The notes below the pieces were generated by a model. The model ran no database searches. It was not told where the DNA came from and saw only the letters and a list, made by a program, of their open reading frames with translations. A stretch of 64,000 nucleotides of DNA, taken from an uncultured Verrucomicrobiae bacterium (lineage in GTDB: Bacteria > Chlamydiota > Chlamydiia > Chlamydiales > Rhabdochlamydiaceae). The stretch covers positions 1,088,001-1,152,000 of the forward strand of contig CAWDYW010000001.1 in the NCBI GenBank assembly GCA_963806855.1, given 5' to 3'. The position numbers and the translations under genes are program-made. The first letter of the stretch is position 1. Each line of letters opens with the position of its first letter. This document shows, one piece after another, positions 44,460 to 53,635 of this stretch.

Positions 44460-45068
44460 ATGACGAGAATTTCTGATATCAAATTTAGTTCAGCGCCAAC
44501 TTTTGAGCCAACGACGCTAGCAAGAGAATTAGGCGAAACAAAAACTGACACCATCCAATCTGCAGCTCAGGAACCAGCAACAGAGCAGGGCGAAGGATTT
44601 TTTAAGAGAATGATTTGTTGCATCCCAAGATGCATCCTCTCTTTTGTTAAAAAAGTGATCTGCCTTGTGACATTGGGTTGCTTCTGCAACACAAAAGACC
44701 TTACAGAGAAAGAGCTGAGAGAAGTGATCATCGCTGACCTGGCAAAACTCCAACAAATTTGGCTTTCGGCCCCTTCGATGCAAGAGAGAAAAGCTGTTGG
44801 CGAGGAAGTTTTCAATAAACATCCAGAATTGAAAGAGAAGATCGCCATTTTTGGAGTGAATGGTGAAAGACGAAGCTATCTGAATCATAAAAGAGAAGCT
44901 ACGACTCCTGAAGAACAAAAAAAACGTCAGCAAGAAATTGATCAGTGGAATGAAAGGCACTTTGCAGCGGTTAAGAAAGACATGATCGAGAGACTTGACA
45001 TCAGATTTGATGCTGCATTCATTCAGAACTATATTAAATTTCTCCGTGACCAGAACGATAACAACTAA
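44460..45068 (+). CDS. Hypothetical protein, orphan array member 3
   Basis: AGGAG RBS; GFFKRMICCIPRCILSFVKKVICLVTLGCFC. Confidence 0.72.
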   Translation: MTRISDIKFSSAPTFEPTTLARELGETKTDTIQSAAQEPATEQGEGFFKRMICCIPRCILSFVKKVICLVTLGCFCNTKDLTEKELREVIIADLAKLQQIWLSAPSMQERKAVGEEVFNKHPELKEKIAIFGVNGERRSYLNHKREATTPEEQKKRQQEIDQWNERHFAAVKKDMIERLDIRFDAAFIQNYIKFLRDQNDNN

Positions 45069-45090
45069 TCACTTCGTCATTTTTCAAACG

Positions 45091-45126
45091 AAGAGCCACG
45101 ACAACCATCGTGGCTCTTTTCTTTTT
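45091..45126 (+). terminator. Rho-independent terminator
   Basis: AAGAGCCACGA-CAACCA-TCGTGGCTCTT followed by a T-rich tract. Confidence 0.7.
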
Positions 45127-45272
45127 CCCAGCGCGCGGGTCCGGTACTCTTAAGAAATTTTTAAGAAATCTACAAAAATCCTTTTTTTCTTTTGACACTT
45201 CTGCTACAATTTCTTGCTGTTGTGATAACAGATATTGTTCAACCAAAAAAGTTAAACCTTATGGAGGTAACC

Positions 45273-45953
45273 ATGCAAACACCAGCAGTAAACAACTCAA
45301 ACACAGTACAAGCACAAAATGCAGCCCCTGCAGCTGAAAAAATTGCAGGAACAGTCCCAGCCGCTGATGGCAGTACCCTAACATCGGCTAACCCAGCTCA
45401 AGAACAGGGCTTCGTTGAAATGATCTCCGATAAAGTTGTAGGAGCATTTACTTGGGTAAAAGAGAAAGTCGTCTCTTTATTCAGCTACATCCGCTCATTA
45501 TGTTGCGGTGTCTCTGATGAAGTGAAGGCTGAGCAGTTGACTGCGCTGACAGAGAAAAAAGCTCTCGTTGAGAAAACTCGTGAGAATTTACTCAAAGAAA
45601 GAACCGCTGATACTTCTAAAGACAAAAAGCCACTAAAAGATTTCTGGAGAGCTGCTTTTGATTCTCTTCCAAAAGATCTTCAAGATGCACTCGTCAAAGA
45701 AGATATTAAAGACATCAAAAAAGCAAAGCATGCAGAAGCTGACCTTGCTAAAATTATTGAAGACAGCTTCAATGATGTGAAATATAAAGCCATTAGACTT
45801 GGCTTTATTAGAGATTTGAATCCAGCTCAATTTGCAGATGATAACGGAATGCCACAGGACACTTATCATGCATATGATGACAAGTATCTTCCTAGTTATT
45901 TGCAACACATTGCAAGCCAAATCGGCAAAGAAATTAAGGATTTAGCTGAATAA
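45273..45953 (+). CDS. Hypothetical protein, orphan array member 4
   Basis: GGAGGT RBS before ATG 45273; low-complexity N-terminus; GFVEMISDKVVGAFTWVKEKVVSLFSYIRSLCC. Confidence 0.75.
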   Translation: MQTPAVNNSNTVQAQNAAPAAEKIAGTVPAADGSTLTSANPAQEQGFVEMISDKVVGAFTWVKEKVVSLFSYIRSLCCGVSDEVKAEQLTALTEKKALVEKTRENLLKERTADTSKDKKPLKDFWRAAFDSLPKDLQDALVKEDIKDIKKAKHAEADLAKIIEDSFNDVKYKAIRLGFIRDLNPAQFADDNGMPQDTYHAYDDKYLPSYLQHIASQIGKEIKDLAE

Positions 45954-45975
45954 CATTTAGCAAAGATCCCTTTAC

Positions 45976-46010
45976 AAAGGCCCCTTCCGTAAGGAAGGGG
46001 CCTTTTTTTT
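45976..46010 (+). terminator. Rho-independent terminator
   Basis: AAAGGCCCCTTCC-GTAA-GGAAGGGGCCTTT followed by a T run. Confidence 0.9.
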
Positions 46011-46030
46011 CACCACAAAGAGCAAGGCTA

Positions 46031-46119
46031 TTTCAACGCAAAGACGCAGAGGCGCAAAGACGCAAAGAAAAAAGTAACTTTTTTATTTTTTTTTGCGCCT
46101 TTGCGTCTTTGCGTTGAAA
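46031..46119. repeat. Palindromic element family B, copy 2
   Basis: TTTCAACGCAAAGACGCAGAGGCGCAAAGACGCAAAG...TTTGCGCCTTTGCGTCTTTGCGTTGAAA. Confidence 0.88.
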
Positions 46120-46135
46120 CTGTCTTTCCAGAGAG

Positions 46136-48013
46136 TTATTTCTTTTTGCTTTTCTTAGGAGGTGTTGAGAGCGACTCACTCAGGTCGATCCAGATAGGGG
46201 ACGACCAGGCCATGTGACCGTCTGCTTGGAGAACACGCAGATAGTAGTAGGCGAAGGGGGAGCGCTCATCGGGGGAGTTGAGGGCGATTTTGGAGAGCTC
46301 CTGGAAATCGTCCTGCTCAAACTCGAACGTGGGCTTATTGGGATGAAACTTGTGCAACTCCTGACCATTGCGGATGATGGCCACCTCTTTGATAGGCGCT
46401 GTCCCACAGATAAAGCCTGTGATGTACCGGTTAAAGCTGAGGCCAGGCTTGTTCTTTGTACTGAGCTCAGAGCCCATTTGGCTGCCGGCAATATTGAAGC
46501 TGAGGACGATGCGAGCGCCGGTAGTGGCATAACAGCATCGATTGTAGAGGGCTTGGAGGAGGGTTTCACGTGTTTGCTCAATGGCGATAATGGCGGTTAG
46601 GCCGGGAGTATATTGCACTTGATCGCCTGCGTAGAGATCGGCATAGACCCCTCGGTCATCGAGCCCGCCAGCGACAAATCCAAAGCGGTGATTTTGATTT
46701 AAGGCGCTCCGTAAGGAACCTTTTTCGGTTGCATTGATCCCTTGGCCGCTTGGGCTTTTAATCGGTCGTAGATTGCCTTCTGCTTCGGTGCATTCGGAGG
46801 AGCCCCAGGCATTGTAAATCTCGACGACCCGTTCGAAATCTGGATTGTAATCAGAGAAGTCGGTCTCAAGTCCTTTGGCCATTGTGAAGCTTGGGATAGA
46901 GAGTACCTCTTTTGGATTGTGGATTTTGTAGATCTTTTTCAGGTTAGTGTATTTTGGATCTTTTTTCCGCATCATGGGCTTATTGTCTTTCCAATAGATC
47001 AATTGGCGCAGCCCTTCATTCTCATCGCCTAACCATTGAAGCCCAAGAAAAGTGGAAAAACGGCTCTCTTCATTGTATTCGTGGACATGAGAGACAATCC
47101 CTTTCCAGATATCGTTGGGAGTCTCTTCGATGCTTTCAAAAGGGGAAGTCCCCACAAATTGAGAGCCGGTTTCATCCCGAATCAGCCGCAGAAACCCTTC
47201 GATGTTTTCACTGGCATCGACTTTTTCAGATTCTCCATGTAGGGTACCCCAAAAGAGGCTGTAGTCTGTCTCAGCAAAACACTTGATAGGGGATGAGTAG
47301 AAGATATCGTCGCTCGATGAACTTTTGAGCTGAATGCGATAGACTCCAGTTTCATTGAAGTAGAGGTTGGGTAGGATGATAAACCCAGTTTCGGGAACGA
47401 ATAATTTCCAGTTGAGATTTTCGCGCAAAAACTCATAGCTGAGCTCGATCAGGGTCCCTTCGGGAGCATTGCTGGTCAAGTTGCCAAATGCATCTTCGAA
47501 GCGGACGATGATATCAAAGCGGCGGTTTTTGGCGACCCAAGAGGGGGTCATGATCTGAATATTTTTTAGGACGTTGCCCCGGATATCAATGGTGAAGATC
47601 TCTGGATCTTTGTAATCTCCCTTTCCCTTTGGGTCGATGTAGAGATGGAAAGGGCGCCGTCTCTGGGTGGTCATTTGGGCTCGAGAGGAATTGAGGATAA
47701 TGTCGAGCGCTTCCCCTGCTTTAATTTCCAAGGGGAGCGTGAATTCAAAAGAGGGGGCGTATTGGTTTGGCGCGTAGATCTCTTCTGGGAGGAGGGTTTT
47801 CCCCGAGGGGAGCTTGAGCCAAATCGAATTTTCTTTCATCTGCGAATCGATCTGGGGCACTTCCCAATCGGTGGGACGATTTTGCATCAAAAAATCAAAC
47901 TTGATTTTGGTCCCTTTAGGCAAGTTGGCTGCAGCTGTATAGGAAAATTTCCAAGTTTTTACCTGGCCTGCCAGGGCAATATTTGGCTCAGTGAGGCAAA
48001 TTGAACGACGCAT
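46136..48013 (-). CDS. DUF3604/PHP-like metal-dependent hydrolase family protein (conserved in chlamydiae)
   Basis: MRRSIC start, WGTLHGESE, VVEIYNAWGSSE, FGFVAGGLDDRG, CYATTGARI, MAWSSPIW. Confidence 0.8.
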   Translation of the reverse strand: MRRSICLTEPNIALAGQVKTWKFSYTAAANLPKGTKIKFDFLMQNRPTDWEVPQIDSQMKENSIWLKLPSGKTLLPEEIYAPNQYAPSFEFTLPLEIKAGEALDIILNSSRAQMTTQRRRPFHLYIDPKGKGDYKDPEIFTIDIRGNVLKNIQIMTPSWVAKNRRFDIIVRFEDAFGNLTSNAPEGTLIELSYEFLRENLNWKLFVPETGFIILPNLYFNETGVYRIQLKSSSSDDIFYSSPIKCFAETDYSLFWGTLHGESEKVDASENIEGFLRLIRDETGSQFVGTSPFESIEETPNDIWKGIVSHVHEYNEESRFSTFLGLQWLGDENEGLRQLIYWKDNKPMMRKKDPKYTNLKKIYKIHNPKEVLSIPSFTMAKGLETDFSDYNPDFERVVEIYNAWGSSECTEAEGNLRPIKSPSGQGINATEKGSLRSALNQNHRFGFVAGGLDDRGVYADLYAGDQVQYTPGLTAIIAIEQTRETLLQALYNRCCYATTGARIVLSFNIAGSQMGSELSTKNKPGLSFNRYITGFICGTAPIKEVAIIRNGQELHKFHPNKPTFEFEQDDFQELSKIALNSPDERSPFAYYYLRVLQADGHMAWSSPIWIDLSESLSTPPKKSKKK

Positions 48014-48062
48014 CTTATTCTTTCCGTTGTTACTATCCTATGATTATGCTTGATACTCGAAT

Positions 48063-49307
48063 TTAATGTGGAGCGATTTTGATCTTTTCGATCGTCCGCT
48101 CCGATGAGCTAAGAACTTCTAGCTCAAAATCATCCTGATGCAAGCGCCATCCTTTGGAGGGGATCGCCCCTGCCTTGTGGAAAATATAGCCTCCAATGGT
48201 GTCGTATTCGGGGCTCTGGGGGATGGTGATGCCGAGCTCGCTTTCGATATCGATGATGGTCATTTTAGCATCGACGATCCATCCGCCCGAAGGAAGGACG
48301 GTGAAAAGGGCCTCTTCGCCCCAATCGTATTCGTCGCCAATCTCGCCAACCAGCTGCTCGAGAATATCTTCGATTGTGACGATTCCTTCAGTTCCCCCAT
48401 ATTCATCGACGACAATGGCCAAATGGATCTGCTTGGTGCGGAACTCTTGTAGGAGCTGAGAAATTTTTTTAGTCTCGGGAGCATAGACGATCGGCTTGAG
48501 TAGGTGCTCGATCGAACCCTCCAATTCTTTCGGCGATTCCGAGGCGTTGAAGTAGGCGCGGAATAGGTCTTTGTAGTAGAGGGTGCCGACGATATTGTCG
48601 ACGTTTTCTTTCCACACTGGAATACGGCTATACCCTTCCTCGAGGAACTGCCTGGCAGCAATTTTGATCGAGGTGGAGCTGCTCAGCGTGTACATGTCAA
48701 TTCGGGGCACCATCACCTCGCGGGCGATCCTCTCCTTGAAGGAGATGACCGACAGGATAAGCTTTCGGTCGTTCGGGTCGAGGAAGGGGGCGAACTCAGT
48801 GTCATGGAGGATTTCTAAGATTTTATCTTTGATGGAGTAGGAAACATTCTCTGTCGAGGTCGGGAGAAGGAGGTGGAGTATTTTATAGAGGGGAATCGCA
48901 ATCGGCAAGAAAATGATGAGAATGAGGGAGGCCGGCTGGCACATCACTTTGAAAAACGTGCGGGGGCGTATCGCGCTAAGGATACGGAAGAGATAATCAC
49001 AGAGCAAAAAGGAGAACAAGACGATCAGAAGAGCGATAAGAAACGTCTCCACCGTCATATGATCTTTGAGAATGAAATCGAAGGCCGTGATGGTAAAGCA
49101 GATGAGCAGCGTACTTTTGGCCAGGGTGAGAGTGTAGGTCAAGAGATCGCGGCTGCTTTTCTTGAAGAGATATTTGCCAAAACCGACCTGATTTTTCGCA
49201 ATCAGTTCCGCTTGTGCTTTTCCAATCCGCTGCAGCGCGGTCCCGATACCAGTTATGAGGCTCGAGCCTATCAAAAAAATAAGTGCAAGAATCGGTGAAT
49301 CAATCAT
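48063..49307 (-). CDS. HlyC/CorC (hemolysin-like) CBS-domain protein
   Basis: AREVMVPR, YSRIPV, HLAIVVDEYGGTEGIVTIEDILEQLVGEI, YDTIGG. Confidence 0.92.
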   Translation of the reverse strand: MIDSPILALIFLIGSSLITGIGTALQRIGKAQAELIAKNQVGFGKYLFKKSSRDLLTYTLTLAKSTLLICFTITAFDFILKDHMTVETFLIALLIVLFSFLLCDYLFRILSAIRPRTFFKVMCQPASLILIIFLPIAIPLYKILHLLLPTSTENVSYSIKDKILEILHDTEFAPFLDPNDRKLILSVISFKERIAREVMVPRIDMYTLSSSTSIKIAARQFLEEGYSRIPVWKENVDNIVGTLYYKDLFRAYFNASESPKELEGSIEHLLKPIVYAPETKKISQLLQEFRTKQIHLAIVVDEYGGTEGIVTIEDILEQLVGEIGDEYDWGEEALFTVLPSGGWIVDAKMTIIDIESELGITIPQSPEYDTIGGYIFHKAGAIPSKGWRLHQDDFELEVLSSSERTIEKIKIAPH

Positions 49308-49313
49308 TAAAGG

Positions 49314-49787
49314 TTATTTTGATATTGCTAGGTTGTTTTTTTCAAGTAACTTTAGCCACTTTTTTTCCTCGGCCCGCATTTTTTTCCTATCGGCAGGCTC
49401 GATATCATCGAAGCCGAGCAAATGCAAAAAGCCGTGAACCACGTAGAGGGTCAGCTCCTCATAGAGATTTCCCCCATGGCTCTTGACATACTCAGACGCA
49501 ACTTGGGGGCACACAAACACTTCGCCTAAAAATTCGGGTTCGCGAATGGGAAAGGTGATGCAATCGGTCGGGGAGGGGTCGTCGAAAAATTGGGCGTGCA
49601 GAGAGGAGATCTTAGCCTTTCCAACAAAGGACAATGCCATCCCTTTTTCTCCTGATTGCTCGAGTAAAAATGCGATGACCCGTTTAGCAGAAGATAAAGA
49701 AATGGCAATCGTCCGTTGTGAATTGCGTATGTAGATATTATCTAGCTGGGGTTTTGGGGAGGCCGGTAACTTTTGTGTTTTCGCCAT
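49314..49787 (-). CDS. ybeY: rRNA maturation endoribonuclease YbeY (start uncertain)
   Basis: PTDCITF, LGEVFVC, HGFLHLLGFDD. Confidence 0.92.
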   Translation of the reverse strand: MAKTQKLPASPKPQLDNIYIRNSQRTIAISLSSAKRVIAFLLEQSGEKGMALSFVGKAKISSLHAQFFDDPSPTDCITFPIREPEFLGEVFVCPQVASEYVKSHGGNLYEELTLYVVHGFLHLLGFDDIEPADRKKMRAEEKKWLKLLEKNNLAISK

Positions 49788-49896
49788 CTTTCCATCTGCC
49801 CAATTTTCTCAGGACGTCAATCCGCTCAAAACGTTTGAGGACGTTTCGCTTCTTTCCACCTTTACCTGTTTTTCCATAGCTGGGATGTCTTGACAT
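49738..49896 (-). CDS. PVC-superphylum small basic protein, 52 aa
   Basis: Not in the ORF track; hand translation MSRHPSYGKTGKGGKKRNVLKRFERIDVLRKLGRWKDGENTKVTGLPKTPAR* shows the RNVLKRxERI...GLPK pattern. Confidence 0.88.
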   Translation of the reverse strand: MSRHPSYGKTGKGGKKRNVLKRFERIDVLRKLGRWKDGENTKVTGLPKTPAR

Positions 49897-49909
49897 AGTC
49901 GATTAACCT

Positions 49910-50083
49910 TTATTTAATTTTAGGAATAAATGCTGCTTTCGCCATTTCACCTGCGACGGCATTTGCATGTTTCTTGAAGCCGCCAGGCAAATTTTCTTTT
50001 TTTGGCCCAGTTTTTGGCTGTGGGGCCCTTGGTCGTCGTGGGCTTACCATTCGTCTTTCAGTTTGTTTACTTAAACGTGTCAT
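49910..50083 (-). CDS. Small basic hypothetical protein (chlamydial type)
   Basis: AGGAG RBS before ATG 50083; MTRLSKQTERR. Confidence 0.65.
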   Translation of the reverse strand: MTRLSKQTERRMVSPRRPRAPQPKTGPKKENLPGGFKKHANAVAGEMAKAAFIPKIK

Positions 50084-50180
50084 TGGAGTTCTCCTTAGCA
50101 AAAAGACAAGTATAGAGAATTCTTAATAGAGATTCAAGCTAAATTACTCTGTACACGACAGTATTTCGGCAGGGTCTATA

Positions 50181-50271
50181 TAAACGCAAAGACGCGGAGG
50201 CGCAAAGAACGCAAAGAAGAAAAATTTTATTGTTTTTTTGCGTCTTTGCGTCCTCTGCGTCTTTGCGTTAA
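50181..50271. repeat. Palindromic element family B, copy 3
   Basis: AAACGCAAAGACGCGGAGGCGCAAAGAACGCAAAG...TTTGCGTCTTTGCGTCCTCTGCGTCTTTGCGTTAA. Confidence 0.85.
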
Positions 50272-50281
50272 GAAGGCTAAA

Positions 50282-52207
50282 TTAACAGAGTTCCCAGCTG
50301 GTCTCCTGGAGGATCAGGTCGACCCGGGTCGGCCGGACGGTGATCTCTTCGCCAATGGCATGCTTGATGCCGGTCCGCTTCCCCTGCATGGTGTTGGTGC
50401 GCTCGTCAAAAATAAAATAATCATCTTCTAGCTCAGAGATATGGAGGAATCCCTCTAAAAAAAGTTCTTTAATCTCAAAATAGATTCCTCGGGGATTCAT
50501 TTTGGTTATATAGACGACAAAGTGGCGATTTGGGTCTTCATTGAGCCAGCTGAGTAGCAGCCGTTGTTTTTTGAGCAATTTGACTCCCGTCTCGGCACGA
50601 GAGGAAATTCTCTCTTTTTCAGAGCAATCTTTGCCGATCTTCTCGAGGTTGAGTTTCTCTCCCTCTTCGCCGAAAAGGAGCCGCTGGATGATCAGATCGC
50701 TGTAGCGGCGGATGGGGCTGGTGAAGTGGCAGTAGTGCTCGAGCGCCAAGCCAAAGTGTCCGACATTCTGAGGGGAGTAGATGGCCAGTTTGAGGTTTCT
50801 GATGAAGCCGACGGCAAGTTGCTGGCTAAAGGGGGTGTTTTTGGCCTGTTCAAAGAGGTGTTGCAGATCGGCATGGGTCGGCTTCGCGGGGATGTTGAAT
50901 CCGAGGGCGCGGGCGGTGGCGAAGAAGGAATCGAGGTTATCGCTTTCAGGCTCTTCGTGGATGCGGAAAATGAGCGATTTTCCCTGGTCATGCAGATGTT
51001 TGGCGACCACTTCGTTGGCCTTCAACATGAATTCTTCAACCAGCTGGTGAGTGATGTGATACTCTTCGATTTTGGTTCCGGTTGGTTGTCCATTTTCATC
51101 AAGTAAGAGGATCAGCTCGGGAAGGGAGAAATCGATGCTTCCCCGCGCGCTACGCTTCTTTTTGAGCAGGTGGCATAGTTCGACCATTTGGTGGAGCATA
51201 GGAGAGAGAGGGCTTTTTTCCCCGTCGAGGATCGCTTTCGCTTCGCCGTATGTAAACCGCTTTTTGCTCTTGATGAAGGTCCGTTTGACTTCTTGGGCAA
51301 TGAGATTGCCATCGGGGTCAAATTCCATTAGGACCGAGACGGTGAGGCGGATCACCCCTTGGCGCAAGCTGCAGAGATTGTTAGAGAGCTCTTCAGGCAG
51401 CATGGGGACGCAAGCGCCGGGGAAATAGGTCGAATTGCTTCGCTTGATCGCCTCTTGGTCGAGAAGGGAGCCTGACTTCACGTAGTGAGCCACATCGGCA
51501 ATGTGGACAGCTAGAAAGAAATTGCCTTGCTTATTTTTCTCTATGGAGAGGGCATCGTCAAAATCGCGGGCGGTCTCGGGGTCGATCGTGATGCTTGTGA
51601 GTGTCGTTAGATCGATTCTTCCCTTCATCTCTGTGGCGGTCACTTTGGTTCCAAAGGTTTTGGCCTCTTCGATCACATTTTTGGAGAAGGTGCTGGGCAG
51701 ATTATACTCGGCAACAGCGGCTCTGATATCGCAGGAGGGGTCGCTGATGTGGCCGATCAATTCTGAAGGCTCGCACACGATGCACTTTTGGTCATCGCCC
51801 CATTCGAGCACTTTAAAGATAAGTCTATCGCCCACTTTAAGAGGGGATTTCTTTTTATTTTTGACTAAAACAGAGCCTTGTTCTCCGAGGACAGGTACAC
51901 GAGCAATGATGGTATCCCCTTCGATAGAGGCGATGATTCCAGCCAAATGGGTCCGCTCTCTCTTGAGGATGGCGAGCACTTCTCCCTCAGGCCCTTTTTC
52001 CGATTTGGAGCTGGGCTTGACGGTCACTTCGACAGTATCCCCGTCAACAGCATTGTGGGTGAGGTGACGGGGGATGAAGACATCCTTTTTTTCAGGGTCT
52101 TCGGGCACGACAAAGCCAAAGCCCCGGGGGTGCATTCTCAGTGTGCCGATAAGAGTATCTGGTTTTGCTTTTTTAGTGGGACGGTTCCCACCTCTTCTTT
52201 TGCTCAT
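50282..52207 (-). CDS. rnr: Ribonuclease R
   Basis: HPRGFGFV, TIDPETARDFDDA, VHIADV, LVEEFML, HFTSPIRRYSD, C-terminal S1 domain; ATG 52207 preferred. Confidence 0.96.
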   Translation of the reverse strand: MSKRRGGNRPTKKAKPDTLIGTLRMHPRGFGFVVPEDPEKKDVFIPRHLTHNAVDGDTVEVTVKPSSKSEKGPEGEVLAILKRERTHLAGIIASIEGDTIIARVPVLGEQGSVLVKNKKKSPLKVGDRLIFKVLEWGDDQKCIVCEPSELIGHISDPSCDIRAAVAEYNLPSTFSKNVIEEAKTFGTKVTATEMKGRIDLTTLTSITIDPETARDFDDALSIEKNKQGNFFLAVHIADVAHYVKSGSLLDQEAIKRSNSTYFPGACVPMLPEELSNNLCSLRQGVIRLTVSVLMEFDPDGNLIAQEVKRTFIKSKKRFTYGEAKAILDGEKSPLSPMLHQMVELCHLLKKKRSARGSIDFSLPELILLLDENGQPTGTKIEEYHITHQLVEEFMLKANEVVAKHLHDQGKSLIFRIHEEPESDNLDSFFATARALGFNIPAKPTHADLQHLFEQAKNTPFSQQLAVGFIRNLKLAIYSPQNVGHFGLALEHYCHFTSPIRRYSDLIIQRLLFGEEGEKLNLEKIGKDCSEKERISSRAETGVKLLKKQRLLLSWLNEDPNRHFVVYITKMNPRGIYFEIKELFLEGFLHISELEDDYFIFDERTNTMQGKRTGIKHAIGEEITVRPTRVDLILQETSWELC

Positions 52208-52793
52208 ACATAGTCCTTTTCCCATAGTTGTCGCATAACCTCGAAAATCCTGCACTTGTTTTTCCATTTTCGAGCACACCCCATAGGGAATCGAGGTGCC
52301 AGGCCCCTGCCTCGGACACAAAAAGCGTCCAAGCATGCCTTCCACTTGGGCAATTTTCCCGAATGAGGAAAGCTTCGCCTTGAAGCCAATCGTCTTTGGT
52401 CAGCCGATTGAGAAGACATGTTGAGGTGAGGGCAATATGGCGGCAGAGGCCGGTTTTATATTTCAGAAATGTTTCCAAAGGAATTTCAGGCTCTGCTTCA
52501 TCCGGATGGAGGGTGTAGATTAAAGCTCTGACTTCCCGTTCATTGCACAGGTTAAGATTAAATAATACCTCCCGGACATATAGAAATACAAGTTCAATAA
52601 TCTGCTCCTCTGAAAAATCTTCTTTCAAATAGGTGAGCAACTTGTCGTAGGCTGCATCCAAGAGGGGACTGGCCTCCGGATCGACCACGATGATTTCTCG
52701 CGGGTGGGCCCCTGGATACTGAAATGGCCCATCTGGGATCGATTCTTGCAGGATAGGAAGTAGATAAATAATAGTTGAGAGAATGAAATTCAT
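52173..52793 (-). CDS. Hypothetical protein with transglutaminase/EDR1-like Cys-His-Asp motifs
   Basis: GLCRHIAL, GRHAWT, LDSLWG; ATG 52793 overlaps the folD stop. Confidence 0.65.
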   Translation of the reverse strand: MNFILSTIIYLLPILQESIPDGPFQYPGAHPREIIVVDPEASPLLDAAYDKLLTYLKEDFSEEQIIELVFLYVREVLFNLNLCNEREVRALIYTLHPDEAEPEIPLETFLKYKTGLCRHIALTSTCLLNRLTKDDWLQGEAFLIRENCPSGRHAWTLFVSEAGAWHLDSLWGVLENGKTSAGFSRLCDNYGKRTMYEQKKRWEPSH

Positions 52794-53635
52794 TGGTTTC
52801 GTTGGTAGCTTAGCAGGGTATTGGAGAGGAGCATCGCAATCGTCATCGGCCCCACGCCGCCGGGCACGGGGGTAATCGCCTGACATTTTGGCGCCACATT
52901 TTCGAAGTCGACATCGCCGACGATTTCCCCCTCGACTCGATTGATCCCCACATCGATCACGACAGCCCCCTTTTTGACCATCGAGGCCTTGACGAAATGG
53001 GGCCTGCCAATCGCTGCAATGAGCACATCGGCAGATAAGCAAAGCTCCTCGAGATTCTCCGAGGCGCTATGGGCGATCGTCACCGTGGCATTGGCACCCT
53101 TTTCTTTCTGCATGAGCAGCGCTGCGAGCGGTTTGCCGACGATGTTGCTCCGACCGAGGATCACCACATGCTTGCCGGCCACATCGATTCCAGAGCGGTT
53201 AAGTAGAATGCTAATTCCATAGGGAGTGCAAGGGAAAAAGCCCCGCTTTTCGCCCAGAAGCAGCCGGCCCATGTTGAGCGGGTGGAAGCCGTCGACATCT
53301 TTTTTCGGATCGATCGACTCTAAAATGCGATCGACCTTGATATGGGCAGGAAGCGGCAGCTGCACGAGGATGCCGTCGATTTGCGGGTTGGCATTCATCC
53401 GTTCGATTTCCCCAAGTAAATACTCTTCCGAAATCGTGCTGGGCAGCTCCAAATCGACCGACAGGATCCCCACTTCGTGACATTTTTTCTTCTTCATTCG
53501 GATAAAGGAAATCGATGCTGGATCGTCGCCCACAAGAACGAACGCCAGCGCCGGTTTCCTTCCTTTAAGGTGTCCAATCGCCTCTTTCAAGGAATTTTCA
53601 ATATTTTTTGCACAGGCCTTTCCGTCGATGATCAT
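52790..53635 (-). CDS. folD: Methylenetetrahydrofolate dehydrogenase/cyclohydrolase
   Basis: DGILVQLPLP, KDVDGFHP, PCTP, GRSNIVGKP, TPVPGGVGPMT. Confidence 0.97.
   Translation of the reverse strand: MIIDGKACAKNIENSLKEAIGHLKGRKPALAFVLVGDDPASISFIRMKKKKCHEVGILSVDLELPSTISEEYLLGEIERMNANPQIDGILVQLPLPAHIKVDRILESIDPKKDVDGFHPLNMGRLLLGEKRGFFPCTPYGISILLNRSGIDVAGKHVVILGRSNIVGKPLAALLMQKEKGANATVTIAHSASENLEELCLSADVLIAAIGRPHFVKASMVKKGAVVIDVGINRVEGEIVGDVDFENVAPKCQAITPVPGGVGPMTIAMLLSNTLLSYQRNQ

Noticed and set aside
52208..53042. ORF-track N-terminal extensions of rnr and the 289-aa ORF (likewise lptD, galE, abiEii, 45192)
   Set aside because: They overlap neighbouring genes, repeats or promoter boxes; downstream ATGs fit RBS, coupling or family starts better
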